A DNA stretch of 64,000 nt from Magallana gigas (Eukaryota). The notes below the pieces were generated by a model, which did not search any database, was not told where the DNA came from, and was given only the letters and a program-made list of their open reading frames with translations. Position 1 is the stretch's first letter, and each line of letters begins with the position of its first letter. The position numbers and the translations under genes were made by a program. Positions 11,601-23,529 of the stretch are shown in pieces. The stretch covers positions 43,276,001 to 43,340,000 of the forward strand of contig NC_088858.1 in NCBI RefSeq assembly GCF_963853765.1. The letters are read 5' to 3'.

Positions 11601-14600
11601 TGACTGAAATGGCTCAGTGGTTAGAGCACCAGACATTAGGTAACATTATAGAGCTAGGGCTTTTAGGTTGTGGGTTCAATACCACCAAAACTTTAAAATT
11701 TATTTTTTTTCTTATCGTTTGTTAAAATTTTTAAAACTGTATATAGTTAGAAATTGTGCTTTTGTAAACTTGTAATATAACATCATCTAGTATTTTTGTT
11801 GAAAAAAAATTAATTTGAAATTGTTTTTTACAATAAAACCAAATGGGCATTTGCGCTATCTTGTTCCCCCATCTTCTTTCATTTTAGAAAGCTCCCTGTT
11901 TTTCAACGATTTTTTTTTTCTAAATTCAAAACCAGAATGCTAGAAAAGGCAATCAAACATTTCGTTATAAGCAATGGAGACAATTAAAAAAAATGGCACG
12001 TATTAATTATAATCAATTGCCGAAAAGAGAAAATACGTGTATACACTTGATCTACGATAACACTCAGAAATGTATAAAATGCACAAAATAAAAATATAAC
12101 GAAGGAGACGCATGAGAACTTCATATCTATATAGTTGAACTATAGTTTCATTTCCCTTTTCAATATTAAAATTAAGACACTTGGGATTCTTCGACTACAA
12201 CTCTCATGCATGATGCACTATTCTATGACGAGCCCTCTTTTGATGGAGTTTAGTGGAGTAAGAGCCTGACTTACAGTAAGCCGATGCCCCAGTGGACAGA
12301 CACGAATTTGACGGCCGCTCTCTGCATGTAGATTCCGATCAGTAGGATTGTGGGAACGATGGTCACTGGACCCACGAAGTTTAGGATCAGTCCCACAAAT
12401 CCGGTAGCTCCGATCAGGAAGTGGATGAATCCGGCGGTCATAAGACTTCCCTGTAACTATACAGACATGGACAAATGTATAACAAATGTATACAATAAAA
12501 TCCCTGGACATTTTAACATTGTATGTGTCCGAAAGTCTAAAAATCCAAATTATAATTCATGTAGTTAGCGACCAGGCAAAGCATGACCTGATATTGGTAT
12601 ACAAACTAATCAATTATGATTAACGAAAACACAAGTATATACTTGATAAAAAATAGTCATCTATGTATAAGAAATAATATGGATAAAGACATTGAATTTT
12701 AGATAGAGTTTTTTTTAACAAATTAATTAATCAACCCTGTAAGCCTTACGTATTGTACGTGTGACATAATTAATTCCCATTCATCCACCGTGGCATTCGT
12801 CACAATGGTTAAATTCATGCCCGTTGTTTCGTTGAACATTGTTGTTACTGAAAGTGGACAAAAAAAAGTTTGATATAGAATCTCTTAATTGAATAGATGA
12901 TAATTGTATATAATATGAAGATATTTGTGGTCGTAGCTCAATTTTCGTTGATTTAGTCGGTAAAATTTATACGATATGATCTAGAAGTTTTGATGTGCCT
13001 GTGGTGCATGTATAATTTACACTACCCATGTATACTAGGGCTGTTTAAAATTTACATGTAGTGAGACACCCCATTTTGTTTAATTGGCGGATTTTTGGTG
13101 AAAATGGCGAACACGTTGAACAAACAAGACCAGCGTACCTGACACAGAGCTACCGTACTCGGAGAATAGAAATCTGAAACTACTACATGTAATTAAACAT
13201 TGTCAGTAGAACCAAATAATGAGGAAAATATATCCTTTCTGTCTTTAATCATTAGTAACGTTTGTGCAAGTTTCTTTTATTTAATTCTAAATACGAAGAT
13301 AGTATTACACAAAGCCATGGAAATCTAACGGCGACATAATGAATGATGAAGTCAAGGCGGTGCTGCGAGCATTTATTAAACGGGTGATCTGGAGAGAAAC
13401 CCTTTTCACACCAAGGAAATGCAGGGTCGATAGCTTAAGTTTAATGTTTTGGGTTTTTTTTGACAAATTGTTTGACCTAAATGAAAACAACAGAACCAAA
13501 TACAGTACATGTTTCACACAACTTAATGTCAAATGCCTATTAAAGACTTTTGACGGCATTCGACTCATTTGATTTTCTAGTAGCAAAAACATGTGTCCAA
13601 TAAAAAAAAATGAGAGCAGAGAGAGTATGTAAGAGTGTTGGCTTCCTAAGAAGAAAATTTCTCACAATAATTTGTAAAACGGATCTAAGATTACACTCCG
13701 GTATATTTTATTTATTGATCTTTTTGGAGGTCTAAAGAATATCTGAACAGCCCTTGTATACATGTAGATATATGTACCATTATGTACATATTATTAAGTA
13801 TATGTAGAACATGTGATAGGTATTGGTTTGTACCTGACGATATGTCGTCAATCAATACTTACCTGTGGGTTTCCCAGCATCACACCTGTCTGGATAAAGG
13901 GTCTGGAGCGCCAGTAGGGGGACCACGTATTCAAAAGCCGCTCCCTGGAACAACGGTAACCTAGGAAAACAAAAATTCATTTTATGCTGGAACTGAACAT
14001 AACAAAAGTCACCAGGGTCGAGATTATGAAATATATACCTGATATCTCAAGCAAGTCAAACTTTCAGTCATTCATTTTATTCATAACTGCAATCCTAAAT
14101 TACATTTTCAATTTTGTAGATATTGTAGGTATAGTAAAACTGTACATGTCGTGTTATAAATTCTGACTAATTCTGATCACTCTATGATCATGGAGGCAGT
14201 AATCAATGATTATAAATCTGGATTATTATAGGAACAAGAGCGCTAAGGATATATAATCTTAACTCAAAGCTTAGAGCGATGGATTTTCGGTAGGACGTAG
14301 CTACCTATTTCTTGATTCAACACAAGTTAAAAATGACGCTGGTTTCAAGCAAAATATACACCGATTGCGTAGTCTTAGCTCAAAAGCCAAAAAAAATGTT
14401 AATTTCAAAGAGCCATTATGATAGCTGAATGGCCTGCAATGAAATAGACAGGCCTACGTCACATAGCTGTTTTCAGAGTCCAAGCTCTTGATAAAATAGT
14501 TCTATACCTAAGGCTAGGACCGGGTCTAGAGTCCTGCTACAAATCACGTACAGGCGATATTGTAGGAAATGGAATCCGAATCTCTATAAAACAGATTGTG

Positions 14601-17220
14601 TCATTAAAGCCTACAAGCATGTAGCTTCAACAAAATGACTTGCAGAAGAGAAAAGACAAGACAGATACATCTCGTTTAGCGTTACTTCCTTCGTAAGGGC
14701 TTCCATGAAAATCAGATCATTTAGATCATGTCTGAGAAAGAAGTTGATACCAATAGCTCTGTTCATCAACAAATTACTTTGAAATCCAGAGACAGCAAAA
14801 TACCGAGGACAAGAAATGTCTACCCCATTAACGCCTTTTTAAACAGATTGCCCCTCGACCGAGTAAGTCAGAGACATCTCTCTGATGTATGGTTCTTGTG
14901 ATTCCGCTTTTCCGTCTCTTAGGACCACGCAAATGTTTCCCAATAAATTCCGTCATCAATAACATGTTCACAACCTTTCACGTGGAATAGTTTTTTGCTG
15001 TTAAAAAATGAATAAATGATATCCACCGATCCCTCTATGTTCCTTAGCTGAAAATGCATTTAGTCACAAAATTGTAAAAACCAATTATAAATGATGTTGT
15101 TAGCCCATTTTCAAATCAATATTTTTCATATTTCAAAATATACATGTGTATGAATCGCTCTCAATTTCCATCAAGTTATGCATAATACAGCTGACCCAAA
15201 ATGAAATCATACAGTCATGGTTTTCTTTCTTTTATCTAAATGTGTGTAATATACGAAAACATATACTAGCATACGTGTATGTATCAAATATCCACTGATA
15301 CATAGGGAATACGATAGGTTTATTAAAATATGCGAACACGACAAAAGGTCCACCCTAAAACTAATATAAGTAAACACCTGACTTCAAACTAGTGGGCGTA
15401 GATACACACCTAGCCCCAAATCAGTGGGGATCAATACACACCTGGTCCCAAACCAATGAGGGTAAATGCACACTTAACCACAAACTAGTGGGTGTAAATA
15501 CACTTCTGGCCCCAATCTAGTGGGTGTAAATACAAAATGACCCCAAACCCGTGGACGAAAATATACATTTTACCCCAAACTAGTGGGCGTAAATACACAC
15601 CTCACCCAAAACCAGTGGGCATTATCACACACCTCACCCTAAACTAGTGGGCGTTAAACACACATTGTCCAAATCTAGTTGATGTACATGCACACATAAC
15701 CCCAAACATTTGGGCGAAAATACACATTTAACCTCACACCTCACACTAAACTAGTGGGGGTAAATACACACCTCACACTAAACTAGTGGGCATTATAACA
15801 CAACTGACCTCAAACCAGTGGGCGTAAAAACACACTTAACCCCCATTTAATGTCCCTTAATACACACCTCACCCAACTAATGGGTGTAATTGCACACCTT
15901 ACCCAAACTAGTGGGTGTAAATACACACCTGCATGGTCTTATACTAGTGGGTGTAAATGCACACCTGTTTTTATATTAGTGGTTGATATACACACATGGT
16001 CCTACACAAATGGGTGTAAATACACACCTGGTTTTGTACTAGCTAGTGGGTGTAAATACACACTTGGTCCTATAGTGGGTGTAAATACACACCTGGTTTT
16101 GTACTAGCTAGTGGGTGTAAATACACACTTGGTCCTATAGTGGGTGTAAATTCACACCTGGTTTTGTACTAGCTAGTGGGTGTAAATACACACCTAACCC
16201 CGAACAGCACCATGGCCAGGGTGGTGATCCCGTCCATTAACAGCGTGGTACTCAGCAGCTTGGTCTTGAACTCTGGGTTCTTGTCCCCACACACCGCCTC
16301 CGCTACCATCAGGGACAGGGCCAGCTGATTAGCCAGCGACAGGAGCGCTTGCTGAAAGAGCAGACAGAGATCGGTTGTCATATCAACTAGTTTATGGTGC
16401 AGAAACTAGTAAAATTTAACAAATTTACCTACAGAAGATAACATAGTTTTTTAATGAGTTCTGGACCATGTAATTATTGTACGTTATGAAATGCATGCCA
16501 GAAAAGTGTAGAAAAATGATGCATATCTGTTCCAAGGAAATACATGTATTAATAATTGAATTTATATTCTGTATGGTTAATTTAATGAAGGAGAGAGAAA
16601 TTGATTAAATGTACATTGTAGTTTGTTCTTCGAGCGGGGTTCTTTTCATTTTGTCACGGTAAATTTATATGCAATACATGAATGTGCATTTACAATCGTT
16701 TAGCATATCCCACTTTAACGAACCACCTACAGCTCAGATCTAGTTCCACGCAAAGTTTCACTCTACTTATCATTCACCATTAAATCCCTATACTGGTGAA
16801 CCTACACAGGTCTATTTTCGGTAAGATGCTGTTGAAGATTATGAAGCCGTCTCTTACACCAGAGAATAAGAGAATAAATATGTAATTTATCAACATGTTA
16901 ACGTCAAATTATAGAGCAACCATTTATCAAATTAATTCTGTACAAAAGTGCCTAACCTGAGATGTTACCACTGCATTGCAGTAACATTGTGACGAGAGAG
17001 AGAGAGAGGGAGAGAGAGAGAGAGCAGCCTTTCAGTGATTTCAGTCTTTAAGGTCACATGATCAAAGACACCTTGCCTTATTTCAATAAAGATAGATCAA
17101 TGAAGTATTAATTAGAGCGAAATATTCCTATAATGGAAAGTGTAAACAATCGAATTTTTGAATTTGTTAAAACCATCAACCGTAGTTTTATTTTTTTAAA
17201 TTATCTTTTCTTTAGAATCG

Positions 17221-17308
<88 letters not shown>

Positions 17309-17993
17309 CAAATGGGTTTTTTTTTAACCATTTGCAATTGTTTGACACTTGGTATCGTGCACGAATGTTACAGCATAAGACAAAAAACAAATAGTTAGAA
17401 AGAAGGCCAATATGTATATGTACGACACCTCCCCCCCCCCCCCTTCCAATCTGGTCGTGGCTGCGTGAGACGAGAGAATATCTCAATATCTCATAGTTCA
17501 TTAAAATACTGGCCAAAGCAAACTAACATCAATATGTACGATCCTCTCCCATCAGGCTGGTAGTTCTGACGCACTCTGTCTGGTCCGTGGCTTGATACGA
17601 TGATAGCTTAACGACCATTTAATTACATGCACAATTCTTTAATTTTTCAAAGTAAGTATAGCATAAACATCCATCGAGAAAATAAATCAAAAGGTTTAAA
17701 ATTAGTTGAGTTTTAGACAGATGAAATGAACATTCAGGTAACAGGTTTGAAGTATGACCAGTTTATGTCTGTCATAAAACACCACACAAAAATCAATCAG
17801 ATGCATAATGTATTAGTTTGCCACTGACCTGGAAAGCGAACAATATGGTGAGGTGCATGGGCGGGTTGTCAGTGACCTTATAGATGAGACCGTCCTCACA
17901 TTCCATCTCCTCCACAGTCACCGCGTCATCCACGTGACCATTCTCCGTGTGGTTGACCATCTTCATCCCTTCCTCTCCCACGTGGTTCTCCAT
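8672..17993 (-). CDS. Solute carrier family 23 member 1/2-like (NAT/NCS2 nucleobase-ascorbate transporter), 606 aa
   Basis: Eleven coding exons 17993-17829, 16351-16194, 13960-13863, 12847-12750, 12456-12275, 10977-10857, 10533-10392, 9894-9641, 9509-9236, 9142-9047, 8904-8672 (1821 nt, phases consistent). SLC23 motifs: RLPLFQGAAFEY, LQGSL, GPVTIVPT, DSIGDYYACA, NRGIAIEG, NVGAVGITKVGSRQV, STRNLAIIG, DNTLPGTKEERGI. Family is certain; exact paralogue is not. Confidence 0.95.
10258..10351. mobile_element. Palindromic hairpin element (family A, internally deleted)
   Basis: aaagaatcattctttgaata...tactcaaagaatgattcctt, same termini as 8074-8220; lies in SLC23 intron 7. Confidence 0.7.
11610..11686 (+). 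mobile_element. tRNA-derived (SINE-like) head
   Basis: A-box tggctcagtggttagagc (11610-11627) and B-box ggttcaatacc (11673-11683); no acceptor stem. Confidence 0.5.
14250..14504. mobile_element. MITE family B, degenerate copy
   Basis: Internal ggtaggacgtagc...caagttaaaaatgacgctggtttcaagc and right end agtccaagctcttgataaaatagttcta shared with the copies at 22400, 29276 and 43518. Confidence 0.7.
15365..16195. repeat. 32-bp minisatellite (about 25 units) abutting the SLC23 exon-2 donor
   Basis: Consensus approx. CTAGTGGGYGTAAATACACACCTCACCCCAAA; period 32 from ~15390; 65-bp higher-order dimer (36+29) at 16021, 16086 and 16151. Confidence 0.95.
17224..17304. repeat. (TA)n microsatellite
   Basis: About 40 perfect units. 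Confidence 0.98.
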
Positions 17994-18547
17994 CTCACTG
18001 TTATAAAGGAAACAATAGAAAAACAAATTTAGCTTCAATTTATACAGTAATAATTTTTTTTTCTTTTGCGAGCAAGTATTTAACTTCCCATCTGGAGTAA
18101 AATTAAAAGGGTTACGTTTGTAAAAACCAAACCATCCACACTGATTATTGAAAGCTTTATAAATGCATGTTATGTGCATTCTTTAGTAGTTTTACGTATT
18201 AATTGAAACAGTTATAAACGTTTATATTTTTTTTTTCATTCAGAGACGTGTATGCATAATTATGCAGTCTTATAGAGAAAATGTCTACATGATCTCCGAA
18301 ACACAACGATGATGGAAACAAAAACAAAACAAGATACAAAAAGTTCAAATACATGTATATGGGAATCGAGAAGACGAATTGTTTCTGGAGTTATATTTTG
18401 AAATTGCATTGTTTTTCAAATAAAGTGACACACCTACAGAATATTTCGCTCATATTAACATTTCATTGACCTATCTATATAGAAACTTTGATCACGTGAC
18501 CTTAAAAAGCAATCATTGTGGACTATTATGCATCATTAAGTGGACTA

Positions 18548-18550
<3 letters not shown>

Positions 18551-18621
<71 letters not shown>
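18551..18621. repeat. (CT)n microsatellite
   Basis: About 35 perfect units. Confidence 0.98.
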
Positions 18622-18623
<2 letters not shown>

Positions 18624-18997
18624 GCAGTTAAAAAAAAGAATAGATGAAATTGAACAACCAATATTGATATTGTATTTACCATATGATTTCAAAGTCATTG
18701 TCACACTCCATTTTATCACCAAACACAAGATAAGCCAGGCATAAAGAACTTGCAGCTCACGTATTTTTACTATAGTGTGTCACAGAGTATATAATACATG
18801 TATTTAACGCCTGCAATCTCCAATCCCATTATCATAGATAAATTCCGGACACAAGGAACGCATGTAGATTTGACGACCCAGAATGAAGACAACAGAAGCC
18901 ATGGGCATTCTCGTATCTTAGGTGAATATCTACTTTTAAGAAATCGTTAAGGTAAGAATTTACGTAACGGAAAAAAATATAATTTGATGTTACAGGG

Positions 18998-20113
18998 CAC
19001 TTTAAAAAATTACGCACTTGAAAGATTTTTCAAAGTGTGTTAATTTTGGGACCAGGTCATAAATATGTTCAGGGTTTAGCGAAAATAGTTGATAGTTTTA
19101 TATACAATAAATGACTGTTTTAACCTTGTTTAGCTTAATGTGGTATATTCAAAAAAGAACTCATTGCATTCTCAGCTAACTTGATAAACAGTTTCTAGTT
19201 GAGAATATTTTTTCTTTTCTCATAAGACAATATCGACAATTTACACAGAAAGAAAAATGCGGGAGGTTTGAATTATCCAAATATGACATAAACTTCATCG
19301 CTTAGCAACTGCATTTTCCTTTTTTGAGTATGCAGCAAATTTATTTCTTATCTAGTATATTGGGCTATGCCCGAACGAATATGATTTAGAGATATGAATA
19401 ATGGAGATCAATGTATAATACATTTTAACTGGCTTATTGCAAATGTGATAAGAAAAAGGATACATTAGTTCTGTTAATCAAAAATAATATGATCTTTAAG
19501 AAGATCAGTGCGAGAATTTCTAAGTTTATAATAATTTAATGTTCGTTAATGTTAATATTATTTTATTGAAGTGATTTATTTGATTAGAATTCGAAAAGGG
19601 GGTTACTGTTAAAACACATAGATTCTTTAACATACCTCTAGAAAAATTGTTGTTCGGCCAGCTCATTTTTTCAATAACACTGCATGTACTTATACAGAGC
19701 ATATTTCTTTTTCCGATCTTAAATGTTTACCCAAAGTTGCTGAATATCATATGGTTTGGAAGAAAAAATGAGTAACAAGGGGCCTTCATCCTGTAATCAA
19801 TTAAATGATGCACTGGTATTTGACTTGTATCTTTGGTTAATCTCCACCCCCATCCCCGTACTAAATACGGTAAATTAGATTCACGAGTGTTAACAAATCA
19901 TCATACTATCAACAAATTAGAAATTCAGTTCCAGAATATGCGATATAAAAATATTTTTTCAAAGTGCGTTAAGAGTGTCGATACAAAAAAATGTTAATGT
20001 ACCTTCATAACGCACTTTGAAATTCTTTTTTCAAAGTGGGTTAACTTGGTCCAAAATTTAACGCACTTTGAAAATTTGTTTCAAAGTGCGTCGCCACATT
20101 TGAACTAATAGTG
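18998..20113. mobile_element. Degenerate non-autonomous CACTA/EnSpm-like element
   Basis: Right end ...gaactaaTAGTG with clustered acgcactttgaaa/tttcaaagtgcgt subterminal motifs (19955-20095) that match an inverted copy at 19010-19056. Left terminus is eroded and no TSD was seen. Confidence 0.4.
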
Positions 20114-22399
20114 GCAGTATGTGTCCACTGTCTAGTTAAGTTGAACTATAGATCTATAGATAGGAAACACCGATGCCGTAGAACTGTAGATCTACGGAAA
20201 ATTGCAATGTTTCCGTTTAAAGCTACAACAACAGTGCGCATCATAACCCTAATTAAAAAGTAGGTAATTAATTAAATTTTAATTCCCCGTCAATATACAT
20301 ATACTGCGACCACTAGTAGACTACGCGTAAAATATCGAAAATTTTCCATCTAAGGGAGAAAAAAAAACCAAGATCCAAAATACCCTTGAGGAGATAACCT
20401 AGAAAAACCATTGACCTTGTTTAGAACGGTTGTTTTTTGGGGTTTTTGCACAACAGACATACTGAGATAAATATGAATGATAAATTTCGTATCCATGACC
20501 AAGGGGCAAGGGCAAGGCCCACGTTATCTTTCTTCAAGAAATACAGAAGACAATCATTATGTGAAAAAAATTATGCATAATTAAGAATGAAGTAGGTTTT
20601 TTGGCACTATATAAAGTGACAGGTCTGTAATTGCACAAGATGATGTGACGTATCCTAACAGGCTATTCTAAAAAAAGACTATATGACTTTATTAATAGAG
20701 AGTTAAGAGTACTGACAAGTATTTATGTATCTGTACGTACAATATAAGTTCAAAAAAATAATGACCCAATGCCATTAATAATCCTTAACACTGTACATTT
20801 ATGCGTTTACATAATGCAAGGTTTCCTTCTAAATAGTTTGTTTTTAAATCACAAGGGCACATCTTTTCCGGAATCGAATGGATTGAAAATTACCTGGTCA
20901 AAAAATAGAAAATTGATATTTACCTTGAGACAGTGAACACCTGTACGGCCGGACCTGTGGAGTTGCTCATTTTCCCCACTATAAATTTTTTTTTACTAAA
21001 TTCCAAAGTTCAGAATTCGACGTAAAAATATCCACACAACAGTCAGGTGACCTTAAAACCAGGCAGGTAGGTCGGTAGCCTTGCTACCTCTGAATTTGTG
21101 TACTTGCATACTTCTCGGACGCTTTTGTTTTTATTAAGGCATCGAGTGATCGTATACCACAAATGACGGACTGACACTGTTATTGTCCAAGAGTCTATTA
21201 ACAGATTAACACATCAGTCAGACAGATATACGCTCCGATTGATTAAAGCTAACATGTGCACTAATTTTCTATCGTTCCCCCAAATGCATCTGGGGTGTAA
21301 ATATAACTGTCGCGAAAAGTTACGGTCGGGCGCTTTTCGATCTAGTTCATTAATGCACTTTTCTTTGTGTGAATGCTTACATGTCAAAAAATTGGGTGAT
21401 ATGCAAGAAGTTCCAAAATTGTTCAGAAAAGGCTGTCCTTTTTCACGCACAATTAGAACAAGTAAGTCGTTCCTTAGGGTGCATTGTCTCGCTTGTATCA
21501 TATTGTATGCCCTATAAGTAAAGTTATAACTCTCACAAACTCTTGCTGGGTAGTAAGTAAGTAATAGAAATGCATGGTAATCACTTCAAAAGGCCCAGTT
21601 ATAACAAATGAAATAAGAATATAAGCATTTTAGAGTAATTTGCCTTGATCTTAACATATGACTTGAAACATTGAACATTCATTATTCAACATGGCCTTGA
21701 TATTTGATAAATACTAGCAGTTGAACTTTGCTGTTTTTTGGGCAAAATATTGGATATCCCTATTGTTTGAATAACTTCTCCTACAGTTTTCAGGTTAGGA
21801 AGTTTTTGTTTTGTAGATCAGTTGTGCATTTTTCATAAATCATCAAAAATCAAAATTCAAGTAGTATGCACATCTCTGTTATATATACAAGTGATCTTCA
21901 AAACAACAACTTCCCAACTTGAAACCTTAAGGATCAGATATCCGTACAATAGGGGTACTCTATACATGTATGTAATATTACAATTATGAGAAATAACAAC
22001 TTTAGTTAGTTAATCAGCTGGTATTTTTTTCATAAATTATCAAAAACCAAAATCCAAGTACTATGCAAATCTCTGATAAATGTACAATTGATCAGCAAAC
22101 AATTAACAACTTCCCATCTATCTTAAGCTTAAAAACAGTAGGAGGAGTTATCCGTACCATAAGGGGTTTACCCTTTTGGCAGCCGCCTGCCGCCCGCCCA
22201 ACCGCCCGCCATTTTACCATTTCAATATCGGAATTTTTCCTTGGAAACCCGATTAAAAAGTGAAAATGTCAAATTGTATACCAAAAAACCCATCTTCATC
22301 GGACAGAGGTGGACCATGCAGACAAATGTTTTTCTGACAATACACATGACAAGCGTAATAAGCCACAGGCATGTAATGGACTAGATACATTCATTAAAC

Positions 22400-22652
22400 T
22401 AGAACCCTTTTAACAAGACATTGGACTTTCAGTAGGACATAGCTATCTATTTCTTGTGTCAAAACAAGTTCAAAATGACGCTGTTTCAAGCAAAATATAC
22501 ACCGATTGCGTAGTCTTAGCTCAAAAGCCAGACAAATCTTGTTGATTTCAAAGAGCCATGGCTGAGTGGCCAACGATGAAATAGACAGGCCTACGTCACA
22601 TAGCTGTTTGACACAACTACCCAAAGTCCAAGCTCTTGTTAAAATGGTTGTA
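22400..22652. mobile_element. MITE family B
   Basis: TIR tagaaccc(t)tttaacaagacattggact / agtccaagctcttgttaaaatggttgta. Confidence 0.8.
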
Positions 22653-23304
22653 TTAAGCATAAGCAAATAATTTTATCTGAATTAAGAGACAGACAGACAA
22701 ATAGACAGATAATACGAGACAAATCAAAAAGACGGACTAACAGAATGAACTACACTGCAATGTCAGTCCCAGTAGAATCTACCATTGGTTTTTACTTATT
22801 ACTGAGTATTACAATAAGTTAAATCTAGACAGTCATTTTTTTAATTTAAGAATAAACAAAATGCCATAGATTAGTATCGTAAGCGTAAATAAATTTTATT
22901 CTTAATCAAAATAATTATTATTTAGATCACAAACCTGTGTAAATTGCGGTTTTCTTATTAATCTCTTGATTGCTGAGTTGAGTTTCTGACACTAAAATCC
23001 TTTCCTTTATATTTTTCACGCATAATATATATGATTATTCACATTAAAGATCTTTAAATAGTAAAAGGTTTAAATGGAATAATTCATTACATGAGTGCAA
23101 GTTTTAGAACATGCAATTTTCAAGTAAAATCATGAAATGATTTTATCTAAAAATATCTCCACGTAAAATTGTCAGCAAAAAATTGCTCTTTTGCTTAAAA
23201 ATAAAATCAGAATTCCTTTCATTCATAGGAAATTAATTCGACTTTTAAGATATTCTCATTTTTCAATTTCATCCGTAACATCATCGTCTAAAGCCACAAC
23301 GCGG

Positions 23305-23306
<2 letters not shown>

Positions 23307-23367
<61 letters not shown>
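23307..23367. repeat. (TC)n microsatellite
   Basis: About 30 perfect units. Confidence 0.98.
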
Positions 23368-23370
<3 letters not shown>

Positions 23371-23529
23371 ATGAAAAGGATCGGCATATTGGCCGTGGTT
23401 TACGACGATGAAGTAACACATTCGGATCTAACTCATCGATTTGAAATTTATATAATTGACGAGAAATCACAACTATGCGAACTTCGTATTTTATTCTATA
23501 ACACTAAAGAATGTATACCATAACGAGGC

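Noticed and set aside
11610-11686. Functional tRNA gene
   Set aside because: A and B boxes are present, but there is no acceptor stem or coherent anticodon arm.
15365-16195. CRISPR-like array (conserved 20-nt core alternating with variable segments)
   Set aside because: The variable parts are only about 10-15 nt and are related to each other, the context is a eukaryotic intron, and there are no cas genes; it is a minisatellite.
17133-23523. ORFs with IY, SL or ER runs (17133, 17196, 18466, 18513, 23191, 23288; also 54066, 63689)
   Set aside because: Artefacts of (TA)n and (CT)n microsatellites.
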